Below are positions 45,897 to 58,321 of a stretch of 64,000 bases of DNA, in pieces. Within the stretch, counting starts at the first letter, position 1. Every line of letters starts with the position of its first letter. A model generated the notes under the pieces. It had not been told where the DNA came from. It searched no databases and saw nothing but the letters and a program-made list of their open reading frames with translations. The DNA lies in NCBI GenBank assembly GCA_965645245.1, contig OZ287068.1, positions 1,550,001-1,614,000 on the forward strand, written 5' to 3'. Both the position numbers and the translations under genes were made by a program. The DNA is from Massalongia carnosa (Eukaryota).

Positions 45897-48800
45897 ATGA
45901 GTGAAAAAATCTCTGGATCGGGGTCCTATAGCGCTATTGATAGGATCCCTAAGCTAGTGGACCACGAGGGTTATCCAGCATGGAGGCGAGCCATGCGAGA
46001 TTGCCTCAAAATGATAGATCTTTGGATCTATTGTGATGACACCGAAGCTGCACCACGCCCAAACGCTCCCAATGATGGCTTCAACAAATGGAAAAAGGGC
46101 CAAGATAAGGCCTGCACTGCTCTACGATTAGCTTGTGAAGGAAATGCCTACACCGATATAGAAGACCATACTACTGCTTCCGTCGCCTGGGACCTGCTTG
46201 AGTCAAACTATAAGCCTCGCGGTTCGGGATTCCTCAATGACACCTTTAGAAAATTAGACAACCTTATCCTATCGGATTGCAGCAGCCCTGCAGACTACGT
46301 TACCCAATTTCGCGCCACGGCTTCGAATACAACAGCTATTTCGAACGATACGCTCAGGATCATGATCCTTTCAATGAAATGGGTGAACCCAAGCACACGT
46401 TAAGTCAGGCTATGCAGCATTTCCAAAACACGGTGACCAACCCAAGCAAGTCCAGCGATAAGGCCGTAATCGCAATGGCAGCTGTTTCAAACGCTCAAAC
46501 CCAAGCAGGAGCTCAACCCGGAACAGCCCATTCTCGAATCATCACCAAGACCATCAAGTTCTGCAACCACTGCCGAAAAGACTATCACGTAGAGAGCGAG
46601 TGTCGTGAAAAATATCCACACCTCGTTAACCAAGACTCACAGCGTAAGTCCAATAAGCGTCGTAGGAATTCCAAAAGTCAAGGTCAAAGCCAAAAGCCAA
46701 CCGGAAACAATGACTCAACCAAAGGAGCCTTCTGCGCCTACATGGCCACCGCAGATATAACCAAAATATCTAAGCTCTGGATCTGTGACTCTGGAACTAG
46801 CCAACATATTACCCACGATCGCTCCATCTTCACCTCATTCAAGACATCCGATTGCCCTCCAATTCAAGGTATTGGAGGAGTATTAATTCCCAAAGGAATA
46901 GGTAACGTCATGTTGCGGTGTGCCGGTAACGAGGGTCTTCGGGAGTTCCCTCTTTTCGATGTGTTATACGTTCCGGACGGAGGCCTAAATCTCATCTCCC
47001 AAGGACAATTACAACGAGATGGATGTCCCCTGAAGATTGTACCAGAGGGAATTGAAATCGGGAACTATGGTATTATCGCTCGCCGCCAGGACAACAATCT
47101 GTATATCCTGAATATGTGGAACGTCTCTGAAGCCGCTCTCGCTCTTGCTGCAATTAATAGCGAGGCGATAAAAATGTGGCACGCTCGTTTAGGCCATCTT
47201 GGAAATCAAAACATTCTCAAGCTCGCTGGCATGTCAAAAGGAATGGACCTCACCAAGCCCCCGCCCCAAGACGCCTGTCCTCCGTGCGCTATCGCTCAGT
47301 CCCAAGTAGAACCACACCGGGCCCCCATCCAACCAAGCAAGCACCCGCTGGACTTAATTCACAGTGATGTCCAAGGACCTTTCCCAGAAGCCTTGAACGG
47401 CGCCAAATATATGGTGATCTTTCTTTGCGATTTCGATAAACGGTCCCACGTCACCTTACTGCGCGTCAAAAGCGGAGTCCTTCAAGCTTTTAAAAACTAC
47501 AAGAAGCAAAATGAATATGGGGACAAACGAATTAAGCGCTTGCGATCGGACTGTGGGGGTGAGTATGACTCCAAGGACTTCGAGAATTTCAGAAACGAGC
47601 ATGGCATTCAGTGGGAACCTACCGTACCGGGAAATCCACCCATGAACGGGACAGCCGAGCGCCTAGGTCAAACGCTTCACAAGTTAGCCAGCACCATGCG
47701 AGAAGGCGCTAAACTAGACATCAAATATTGGGCTGAGATGGTTCTCACTGCCAACTACCTAAGAAATCGACAACCAACTGCGGGACGCTCCATCACCCCC
47801 TACGAGTCTCACACCGGCAGCCTACCAGAACTAGGACATCTAAGGATAATAGGACAGACTAGCTATGCACAAAATCGCAAGCCCTCCACCGGATGGAAGA
47901 AATTTCAGGAACGAGCCACCAAATGTACTTTAGTAGGATACGAAGGCGATCACATCTATCGAATGATAAATCCACGGGGCGCGGTCATGCGTTATTCCAA
48001 TGTTCAGTGGATAGATAACAACCCCCCAACTCCTCCTTCCTTATCATTCTCTCAAACTAAAAGAGCCCTACATGTTGGACAGTCAGGACCGCCCACAAGG
48101 AAGCAAAAAATTACCCATCATACGGACTCCCCTCATACGGACTTAGTCGACGCTCATGAATCCATAGAATCAATTCCCACTGGACCTCTCCCATCAAACG
48201 CTGGAAAAGAGGCATTGGCAAACCAACTGCCCATTGAGCCTTGGTCCCAGGCAGATATTCTCTCTAAGCATCCAAAACTTCGCGCCCCCTCGCCTGACCC
48301 GCTTGCTCTTTTGGCTCTTCTTGCTCGAGCCAATGACCCGGAGCCATACGAGCCTAAAACCTATAAACAGGCCGTAGATAGTCGGGAGGAAAAGGATTGG
48401 CGAAGGGCAATGCAGGAAGAAATTGACTCTATCAACGAAAATGATACCTGGATCCTCACCTCCCTGCCCCCGGACCGCAAAGCCCTGCGAGGCAAATGGG
48501 TTTATAAAATCAAACGAGGCCCGGCTGGCGAGATTCTTCGTTACAAGGCTCGATGGGTAGTCAGAGGCTTTGAGCAACGTGAAGGCATTGACTACAATGA
48601 GACTTTTGCTTCAGTAGTGAAGCCAATGAGCTATAAAGCCATCTTCGCTATCGCTGCAGCCAATGATTGGGAAATCCACCAAATGGACGTAAAAACAGCC
48701 TTCTTGTACGGAAGGGTGGACGAGGAAATCTACGTGGAGCAACCAACCGGTCTGGATGACGGGTCAACGAGAGTTTGCAAGTTGAAGAAAGCTCTTTATG

Positions 48801-49942
48801 GCCTGAAACAGTCGTCTAGAATCTGGTATGAAACGATCACTACTTTTTTCAAGTCTCATGAATTCGTTCCAGTCAACGCCGACCTTAGCGTTTTCGTTAA
48901 AGAAGGGGTTATCGTAGCCATTTACGTCGATGATTTAATCATCACTGGCTCTTCTTCTTCCGAGATACAACGTGTCAAGAAACTGCTGAGTGACGAGTTC
49001 TCGATGGTTGATTTAGGCCCTATCAATTACTACCTGGGCATGACGATAACTCGGGATCGGGCTAATAGGATTCTTCGCCTTGGTCAGCAGGCCTATCTGG
49101 AAAAAGTACTACGCGACCATGGCATGTGGGACACTAACCCCGTGGCTACCCCGATGGATGGGCGACTGGAGGCTGCACCAGAGGGCCATCAGGCCACAGA
49201 TGACTCTCGCCTCCGCTACCAATCAGCGGTGGGCTCTCTCATGTATGCTATGCTAGGCACTAGGCCTGACTTAGCCTACGCCGTATCGGTGGTCAGCCGC
49301 TATGCCTCGAACCCGACCGATACGCACTGGAAGGCAGTCAAACGCATCTTTCGATACATCAAGGGCACTCTACCGTTGCAGTTAACATACAAAGGTCACT
49401 TACAACCCTTGAACGGTTACACTGACGCGGATTGGGCCGGAGATCATCATACCCGAAGGTCTACCTCAGGCTTCGTGTTTAATGTGGGTAGTGGCGCTAT
49501 TAGCTGGTCTTCCAAACGACAACCGACCGTAGCCCTATCTTCATGCGAAGCCGAGTACATGGGTCAGACTCAAGCCACCAAGGAAGCCGTCTGGCTGTCT
49601 AGTCTTCTCGACCAACTTTCAGCACCTCAAGTCCCTGGGATACACTCTCTCCAAACCCAGAGCACCTCTGTAGCCCTTGGCTGCTTGCCTACATCTTTCG
49701 CCCTAAATGCTATCATCATTCACTGCGACAATCAAGGAGCAATAGCTTTGGCCAAAAATCCCCAGGCACACGCGCGGAGCAAGCATATTGACATCCAATG
49801 GCACTACCAAAGAGAGAAGATCGAAGACAAATCAGTGGAATTTCGCTATGTTCCTACCGAAGAACAGGTAGCTGACGGCCTAACCAAGGCCCTACCAAAG
49901 GACAAATTTGTTGTCTTTCGAAAAGCTTTAGGCTTAGAATAA
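45897..49942 (+). pseudogene. gag-pol: Copia gag-pol (Gag, PR, IN, RT, RNase H) with one frameshifting deletion in gag
   Basis: CNHCRKDYHVESEC, DSGTSQH, WHARLGH, IHSDV, YVDD, YTDADW, RSKHIDI; 79-bp deletion at ~46319 relative to C1. Confidence 0.93.
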
Positions 49943-52900
49943 ACCAGAAGCCCTTTGTCGTAAAAAATTCGACCTTAACCCAAAAAAAAAAAGTATCACC
50001 CACAGCTGAGCCTGTGGGGGTGTTTTCGTACATCGCCAGCAGCATTAGCCTGCGGAGTACACTGACTCACCTGCAGGTGATCCACTGGGAAGCATGATAT
50101 TATACTGGAGTATGTGGGAGTTATTGAATTTCTCTTTATCATGTGGGAGTGCTATTTCAGTGCCTGAGTGGGAGTGTTAGAATGTACAAATCAGGTTACT
50201 TCATTTCAGCCGCACTCACCTTCTACCGCACGAGTATGGCGCACGCTAATGGCTAGACGTATCGCTAGTCTAATACTAGCATACCGTACATTGTCTATAA
50301 ATCTAGCTATTCCCACTATATAGAACAACAGCAAGCGTTCTATCCTCTATCTACTATACTACCTTTTGATAGAAACGGCTATGGTAATCGATCACGTCAA
50401 TTCTCTACTGGCAAAGAAATCGATCAAGCCAAAAGCAACGTTAGAAATGATTGATTGGAAATTGAATAGGGTGCTAGAACAAACTAGCCAAATTCCAGAA
50501 ACAAAGAGACAATCGGTGCATCCTATACAGACAAAATCGAAGGGAAATTCAAATGGAAATTCGAATTTGACTCAAAACGTCAACCCAGAAATTCGGAGCG
50601 AAACCGCCGGAGTCCCAGGGCCGCAGGTCAACGATACAGCTAGAACATGGAGCCAAATGCTCGGAAAAGCGACTGTCAATTCCGAAAATTGGACTACCGT
50701 TCCTCGATCCAAAAAAACAAACAAGAACAACAACAATAATTCGAATGCGAACAAATTCGATAATACTGACGATTTCAAGGCGATCAAATCTCGACGATTG
50801 ATAATCACACCGAAAGCTCAAATCGGCGATATCGATTCACTGTTGCTTCGAAACCAAATCAATTCGCTTTTTAAAGACGCGAAATTGACTATCGTTGTTA
50901 ACACGGTCGAAAAGTCCAAAACGGGTCAAAACATCGTTCTGACTACTAGTCCTGATAACACTGCTGAAGATTTATTGAACAATAAATCAATATGGGAGCA
51001 TTTATTCGACCCACGAACAGTTCGAAAGGACGAATCGTGGTTCAAAGTCGTCGCACACGGTGTAAATATTGCAACATTTGATGAAAACATGCAATATTTG
51101 CAAGACGAAATTCAAAAGTTCAATTCGAACATGCAATTATGCGATGTTCCCAGATGGCTAGCACGTGATCGTCATAACAAGATCAAATCATCCGTTGTTT
51201 TGACATTCAATGATCGAAATATGGCCTTGAACGCGTTAAAAGGAGTCAATATCGCGGGCCGACATTGTGACACGGAAATATTTACCTCCGTTCGTCCAAA
51301 CACACAATGCATTAATTGTCAAAAATTTGGACACAAGCATTATCAATGCAAAAGTCAAGCGAAATGCAGCATATGTGCGCAAAACCATGAAACACGCAAT
51401 CATGAATGCACAACATGCAAGTCAAAAATTGCTTGTGCACACGCCGTCGTCAAATGCGCGAATTGCAACAAGAATCATCAATCCAATGATGAAAATTGTG
51501 AAATGGTTATATCGTTAAATGTTCGAAATCGACTGACGAATTAGCCGCTTTGTAATGGCAGGACAGCATTCGTTGACAAACATCGAAAATACACAAAATG
51601 TTAAATTTATTCAACATAATTGTGCAAAGTCAACGAATGCAATGATATAGTGTTTGGAATATGCTTTATCAAATCAAATTGATATTGTTTTGTTTCAGGA
51701 ACCATGGACACGAGATCAAAAAACAATATCACATCCGTCATTTACATGTATTATGCCAAAAATAGCGACTTATCGCTCGAGAGTAGCTATATTTGTCACA
51801 AATGGCAATTCCAAACTGCAATGCACGCCTAGAACGGATCTTATTGACGATTCCGATATGCAAATTATTGAAATTACAATTGATGAAGTTCGAAAAGTGC
51901 AGATTTTCAATATTTATAACGAAAAAAGTCAAAGTGATCGAGAAACATACACGATCGATCGACTTTTAATCCAATTACAACCAAAATCAACTGATCAATT
52001 CGTCATCTGTGGAGATTTCAATGCACATCATAACTGGTGGAATTCGAAAATTCAACAAGCAATTCGATCAGAAAATCTTGTCAAATGGTTGAAATTAAAC
52101 AGGTGTAGCTTGATAAACACACCTGACTTATGTACATACTACGCCCATTCTGGAAGTTCTTCATCTGTTATTGATTTAACTTTTGCAAATTCTAAAATCG
52201 AAAATGCAATTACAAATTGGTCAATCGATGAAAACGCAGTCACAGGTTCTGATCATGAAGTCATCCGATTTGAACTAATCGCATCTTTCAAAAACTTGAC
52301 GTCACATGCAACCGCATTATCGAATAAATACAATTGCAATAAAGCTGATTGGAATAAATTCGCGAAGTATCTAGACGAAAATTCAACCATCTACGAATCA
52401 CAAGTTCAAAGTTTATTGAATAATCATCAATTCGACGAATCAGCGATATATTTGCAAAACGTTATCAAAAACGCGGCTGAAATGTTTATTCCGAAAACGA
52501 AAATTTGTGCAAAATCGAAAAATTGGTGGTCGCATGATTTAACTGAACTTCGAAAAACCATGTGCAGACATCGTCGAGAATGGAAGAATTATCCGTCCGA
52601 TTTTAGTCATCGGACGTTTAAACATAGTCGAATCGAGTATTTTCATGCAATTCGAAAAGCAAAACAACAAACATGGTTGACTTTTCTTGAAAATGCAGCA
52701 AATAAAGATGTATTTACCGCGTATAAATACACTAAACCGCGAATATTCGAAAAAATACCGCCGATTCTACATGAAAACAAGCTAAATGTTCAGTTTGATG
52801 ACAAATGCGATGCATTTGTGTCAGCAATGTATACAAAAAACCCATTTATTGACGATAATGAGGAAGGTTTATCAAATCAAGACAGCGTAAATGATGATAA

Positions 52901-54307
52901 TTGGCCAGATTTGACCGAAAACGAGTTGAAAAATGCGATTAGTTTATTTAATCCGAAGAAAGCATGTGGACCTGATGCAATCAATTTTACAATTGTTCAA
53001 AAATCGTTTCAATCGTTGAAAAACGTGTTTTTCATGATTTATTCGAAATTCATTCGAATCGGTTATCACCCGTTATGCTGGCGGACAGGACTCGGTGCAG
53101 TTCTGAAAAAACCTAATAAATCGGACTATTCGTTTCCAAAATCATATCGAATTATCACATTATTAAATTGTCTTGGTAAAATTGCTGAGAAAATCGTTGC
53201 AAATCGACTAGCGTACTTCGGCGAAAATTCGAATTTACTCGATATCGAACAGATGGGCGGACGCAAAAATCATTCTGCAATTGACGCAGTAATAAACGTT
53301 GTTCATGATATTGAAATTGCAAATAGAAATAAAAACGTCTTATCATGTTTATTACTCGATGTCAAAGGCGCATTTGACTTTGTCTCGATTAATCAACTGC
53401 TAAATGTTATGAAAAAGCTGAAATTATCTCGCATAATAATTCAATGGGTCAAGCATTTCATGACAAAGCGATCGATCAATTTGATATTTGATGAAAATTT
53501 AAGCAAAACATATTATGTCGAATCAGGAATTCCACAAGGCTCACCAATCTCGCCTATTCTATTTCTGATTTACATTCGTCACTTGTTTCCGAAAATACGA
53601 ATGAAATTCAATGCACATTCTCCCAGTTTTATTGACGATGTTGCAATATATGTCGAAAATAAAACTGCAAAACAGAATTGCAAAGAAATCGAAATCATAG
53701 TCAAAACGGCCTTTGATTGGGCCGCATCGAATAATGTCAAATTTGATGACGATAAATCCGAGCTGATTCACTTCGAAAAGACAAGAAATGTATCGAAAGA
53801 CACATTGGAATTACCAAACGGGACAGTACTAGAACCGAAAAATGTAGTCAAATGGTTGGGCGTCTGGTTAGACCGAAAACTAAATTTCAAAAAACACGTC
53901 GAAACGCGGATCTCTTCTGCGAATCGATCGTTTTTTGCAATTCAGAATTTGATGAAATCCGAATGGGGTCTGAAACCGACCGCATGCAGACAGCTCTATA
54001 TGTCATGCATTATTCCTATTTCGGACTACGGCTCAGAAATTTGGTATAATGGTCAAAAGAAATATGAAAAACTTTTTTTTTTTTATTTATTCATTAAGTG
54101 TATTCAACCTAAGGTTATGACACTAAACTATTTTAGGATATGTTTCTATATTACAAATAAATCAACCCTTTATAACCCATCTATGTATTGTCAATTTTTC
54201 CCCATTTTTACTCCGTGTTAGTAACAACCTATAGTAATCGAAGAATATCGATTTTAAAATTTGTCTTTGTAAGTTCGTGAATGTTTCAGCATAAATCGTT
54301 TCTGATT

Positions 54308-57300
54308 TTACTGTTCGATCTCTCCCCAACCTCCAGTTTCGAAAATCTCGTCATCAAGCTGACCTAGTATCCATTTTCTAGTCGCGATTTTGTTATTGAC
54401 AATGAATTTAATCAAAATGTCATTTCCGATTTTTGTATTAAACAACATATTCAAGTTGATCGTAGTATCGATGGTTTGTTTCATGTTTTGAATTTCATCG
54501 AAATAGTGAATGCAATTCAATAACAAGTGTTCTGGCGTTTGTCGTTGATTGCATCGATTTGAGCATTTTGACGAATTATAATCTTTCAATCGATGTAAAT
54601 ATGATCGAAAATAGCCGTGTCCGAATTTTAATTGCATAATAGTAGCAAATATCAATTTGGAACAGTTGTTTGATAAATAATAAAATCTCGATATGCCAGG
54701 TTTCATTTCGAATTTCTCGTAGTATTTGCCTTTTGATTTGCATTGTTGCCATTGATTCGTCCATGTGGTTAGCATATTTTGATTTATTTGATCTTTTACA
54801 TAATCAAATGTTATAGCCGAGGACTCGACTAGGATTTGATTATGGCCCGTCTTTGCTATTTTGTCTGCAATTTCGTTTTCGGTAATATTCGAATGACTCG
54901 GAACCCATTGCAAAATCACCTGATAATTGCTTTCAAATAAGCGTTTTGCGAGCTTTCGAATTTGTCTTGCGAAAATATGATTTTTCAAGTTCTGAATTTC
55001 GTTTATCGCGTTTATACTATCAGAAAAAATCCAAATCGTTTTTTCCAAGTTCGATAAAATATTAGTATTAGACAATTTATAGACCCATTTCATTGCTTGT
55101 AAAATTGCATGCAGTTCAGCATTTTTAATGCTTGACTGTTTGCTTAATTTCCAGCTTTTCGAAATCGTATGATACTTGATCAGACAATCTTTTTCGATAA
55201 ATCGATCAAAATTATTGATAATACTACTCCAATTCCTCATAATTGGCGCAAATGTGACTGCAGACGTTGCAAATTCGATTTTCGATCCATCTGTATAAAG
55301 TAAAACTCGGGATTTATCGGAGTTCATTGATTTAATTTTGGATAAGGTCGAATAATAACTTGATTTAGCAGATTCCTTTGTATTTTCGATTTGAAATTTG
55401 ATTTTGCAAGGCGATTTCCAAGGTTTAATAAAATGATTTGATTGTTCAAATTCATCAGTTTTGTGAACTATATCGGAAACGGAATGAAGAACGCGAATAA
55501 GCTGACTAGGATGTCGTTTATTTGTTTGTTTTTCGTCTTCGTTCCATTCGGCATATTTGTTGTTCCATAAACTTGTGTCAAAACCGATATTTTCGAATTT
55601 TATCGAATATGTGTTTGGAATTCTTTGACAAATAGGGTTATTTTCGGCAATCTTCAATAATCGAATTGCGTATTTTTGATTTTTCATTAATAATCGAAGT
55701 TTAACTGGTAAAACATGTGATTCAATTTCCATCGCCTGAATAGGTGTGGTTTTGAAAGTTCCTAAAATCTTTCGAATCATTTGATTTTGTAGGTTCTGAA
55801 ATAGTTTTTCATATTTCTTTTGACCATTATACCAAATTTCTGAGCCGTAGTCCGAAATAGGAATAATGCATGACATATAGAGCTGTCTGCATGCGGTCGG
55901 TTTCAGACCCCATTCGGATTTCATCAAATTCTGAATTGCAAAAAACGATCGATTCGCAGAAGAGATCCGCGTTTCGACGTGTTTTTTGAAATTTAGTTTT
56001 CGGTCTAACCAGACGCCCAACCATTTGACTACATTTTTCGGTTCTAGTACTGTCCCGTTTGGTAATTCCAATGTGTCTTTCGATACATTTCTTGTCTTTT
56101 CGAAGTGAATCAGCTCGGATTTATCGTCATCAAATTTGACATTATTCGATGCGGCCCAATCAAAGGCCGTTTTGACTATGATTTCGATTTCTTTGCAATT
56201 CTGTTTTGCAGTTTTATTTTCGACATATATTGCAACATCGTCAATAAAACTGGGAGAATGTGCATTGAATTTCATTCGTATTTTCGGAAACAAGTGACGA
56301 ATGTAAATCAGAAATAGAATAGGCGAGATTGGTGAGCCTTGTGGAATTCCTGATTCGACATAATATGTTTTGCTTAAATTTTCATCAAATATCAAATTGA
56401 TCGATCGCTTTGTCATGAAATGCTTGACCCATTGAATTATTATGCGAGATAATTTCAGCTTTTTCATAACATTTAGCAGTTGATTAATCGAGACAAAGTC
56501 AAATGCGCCTTTGACATCGAGTAATAAACATGATAAGACGTTTTTATTTCTATTTGCAATTTCAATATCATGAACAACGTTCATTACTGCGTCAATTGCA
56601 GAATGATTTTTGCGTCCGCCCATCTGTTCGATATCGAGTAAATTCGAATTTTCGCCGAAGTAGGCTAGTCGATTTGCAACGATTTTCTCAGCAATTTTAC
56701 CAAGACAATTTAATAATGTGATAATTCGATATGATTTTGGAAACGAGTAGTCCGATTTATTAGGTTTTTTCAGAACTGCACCGAGTCCTGTCCGCCAGCA
56801 TAACGGGTGATAACCGATTCGAATGAATTTCGAATAAATCATGAAAAACACGTTTTTCAACGATTGAAACGATTTTTGAACAATTGTAAAATTGATTGCA
56901 TCAGGTCCACATGCTTTCTTCGGATTAAATAAACTAATCGCATTTTTCAACTCGTTTTCGGTCAAATCTGGCCAATTATCATCATTTACGCTGTCTTGAT
57001 TTGATAAATCTTCCTCATTATCGTCAATAAATGGGTTTTTTGTATACATTGCTGACACAAATGCATCGCATTTGTCATCAAACTGAACATTTAGCTTGTT
57101 TTCATGTAGAATCGGCGGTATTTTTTCGAATATGCGCGGTTTAGTATATTTATACGCGGTAAACACGTCTTTATTCGCTGCATTTTCTAGAAAAGTCAAC
57201 CAGGTTTGTTGTTTTGCTTTTCGAATTGCATGAAAATACTCGATTCGACTATGTTTAAACGTCCGATGACTAAAATCGGACGGATAATTCTTCCATTCTC

Positions 57301-58321
57301 GACGATGTCTGCACATGGTTTTTCGAAGTTCAGTTAAATCATGCGACCACCAATTTTTCGATTTTGCACAAATTTTCGTTTTCGGAATAAACATTTCAGC
57401 CGCGTTTTTGATAACCTTTTGCAAATATATCGCTGATTCGTCGAATTGATGATTATTCAATAAACTTTGAACTTGTGATTCGTAGATGGTTGAATTTTCG
57501 TCTAGATACTTCGCGAATTTATTCCAATCAGCTTTATTGCAATTGTATTTATTCGATAATGCGGTTGCATGTGACGTCAAGTTTTTGAAAGATGCGATTA
57601 GTTCAAATCGGATGACTTCATGATCTGAACCTGTGACTGCGTTTTCATCGATTGACCAATTTGTAATTGCATTTTCGATTTTAGAATTTGCAAAAGTTAA
57701 ATCAATAACAGATGAAGAACTTCCAGAATGGGCGTAGTATGTACATAAGTCAGGTGTGTTTATCAAGCTACACCTGTTTAATTTCAACCATTTGACAAGA
57801 TTTTCTGATCGAATTGCTTGTTGAATTTTCGAGTTCCACCAGTTATGATGTGCATTGAAATCTCCACAGATGACGAATTGATCAGTTGATTTTGGTTGTA
57901 ATTGGATTAAAAGTCGATCGATCGTGTATGTTTCTCGATCACTTTGACTTTTTTCGTTATAAATATTGAAAATCTGCACTTTTCGAACTTCATCAATTGT
58001 AATTTCAATAATTTGCATATCGGAATCGTCAATAAGATCCGTTCTAGGCGTGCATTGCAGTTTGGAATTGCCATTTGTGACAAATATAGCTACTCTCGAG
58101 CGATAAGTCGCTATTTTTGGCATAATACATGTAAATGACGGATGTGATATTGTTTTTTGATCTCGTGTCCATGGTTCCTGAAACAAAACAATATCAATTT
58201 GATTTGATAAAGCATATTCCAAACACGATATCATTGCATTCGTTGACTTTGCACAATTATGTTGAATAAATTTAACATTTTGTGTATTTTCGATGTTTGT
58301 CAACGAATGCTGTCCTGCCAT
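54308..58321 (-). CDS. LINE ORF2 polyprotein, 1337 aa (APE-RT-RNase H-Zn knuckle)
   Basis: Uninterrupted ORF with all catalytic motifs. Confidence 0.96.
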   Translation of the reverse strand: MAGQHSLTNIENTQNVKFIQHNCAKSTNAMISCLEYALSNQIDIVLFQEPWTRDQKTISHPSFTCIMPKIATYRSRVAIFVTNGNSKLQCTPRTDLIDDSDMQIIEITIDEVRKVQIFNIYNEKSQSDRETYTIDRLLIQLQPKSTDQFVICGDFNAHHNWWNSKIQQAIRSENLVKWLKLNRCSLINTPDLCTYYAHSGSSSSVIDLTFANSKIENAITNWSIDENAVTGSDHEVIRFELIASFKNLTSHATALSNKYNCNKADWNKFAKYLDENSTIYESQVQSLLNNHQFDESAIYLQKVIKNAAEMFIPKTKICAKSKNWWSHDLTELRKTMCRHRREWKNYPSDFSHRTFKHSRIEYFHAIRKAKQQTWLTFLENAANKDVFTAYKYTKPRIFEKIPPILHENKLNVQFDDKCDAFVSAMYTKNPFIDDNEEDLSNQDSVNDDNWPDLTENELKNAISLFNPKKACGPDAINFTIVQKSFQSLKNVFFMIYSKFIRIGYHPLCWRTGLGAVLKKPNKSDYSFPKSYRIITLLNCLGKIAEKIVANRLAYFGENSNLLDIEQMGGRKNHSAIDAVMNVVHDIEIANRNKNVLSCLLLDVKGAFDFVSINQLLNVMKKLKLSRIIIQWVKHFMTKRSINLIFDENLSKTYYVESGIPQGSPISPILFLIYIRHLFPKIRMKFNAHSPSFIDDVAIYVENKTAKQNCKEIEIIVKTAFDWAASNNVKFDDDKSELIHFEKTRNVSKDTLELPNGTVLEPKNVVKWLGVWLDRKLNFKKHVETRISSANRSFFAIQNLMKSEWGLKPTACRQLYMSCIIPISDYGSEIWYNGQKKYEKLFQNLQNQMIRKILGTFKTTPIQAMEIESHVLPVKLRLLMKNQKYAIRLLKIAENNPICQRIPNTYSIKFENIGFDTSLWNNKYAEWNEDEKQTNKRHPSQLIRVLHSVSDIVHKTDEFEQSNHFIKPWKSPCKIKFQIENTKESAKSSYYSTLSKIKSMNSDKSRVLLYTDGSKIEFATSAVTFAPIMRNWSSIINNFDRFIEKDCLIKYHTISKSWKLSKQSSIKNAELHAILQAMKWVYKLSNTNILSNLEKTIWIFSDSINAINEIQNLKNHIFARQIRKLAKRLFESNYQVILQWVPSHSNITENEIADKIAKTGHNQILVESSAITFDYVKDQINQNMLTTWTNQWQQCKSKGKYYEKFEMKPGISRFYYLSNNCSKLIFATIMQLKFGHGYFRSYLHRLKDYNSSKCSNRCNQRQTPEHLLLNCIHYFDEIQNMKQTIDTTINLNMLFNTKIGNDILIKFIVNNKIATRKWILGQLDDEIFETGGWGEIEQ

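Larger units (their letters stand above)
44505..50371 (+). mobile_element. Full-length Ty1/Copia (C2) with identical 197-bp LTRs
   Basis: LTRs 44505-44701 and 50175-50371; TSD gaaac at 44500-44504 and 50372-50376; purine tract gagtgggag before the 3' LTR. Confidence 0.97.

Noticed and set aside
46277..46403. Programmed gag-pol frameshift in Copia
   Set aside because: Explained by a 79-bp deletion relative to the sister copy C1
56220..56255. RT motif FIDD instead of YxDD
   Set aside because: Present in every copy spanning the motif, including recent ones; F at this position is an ordinary non-LTR RT variant
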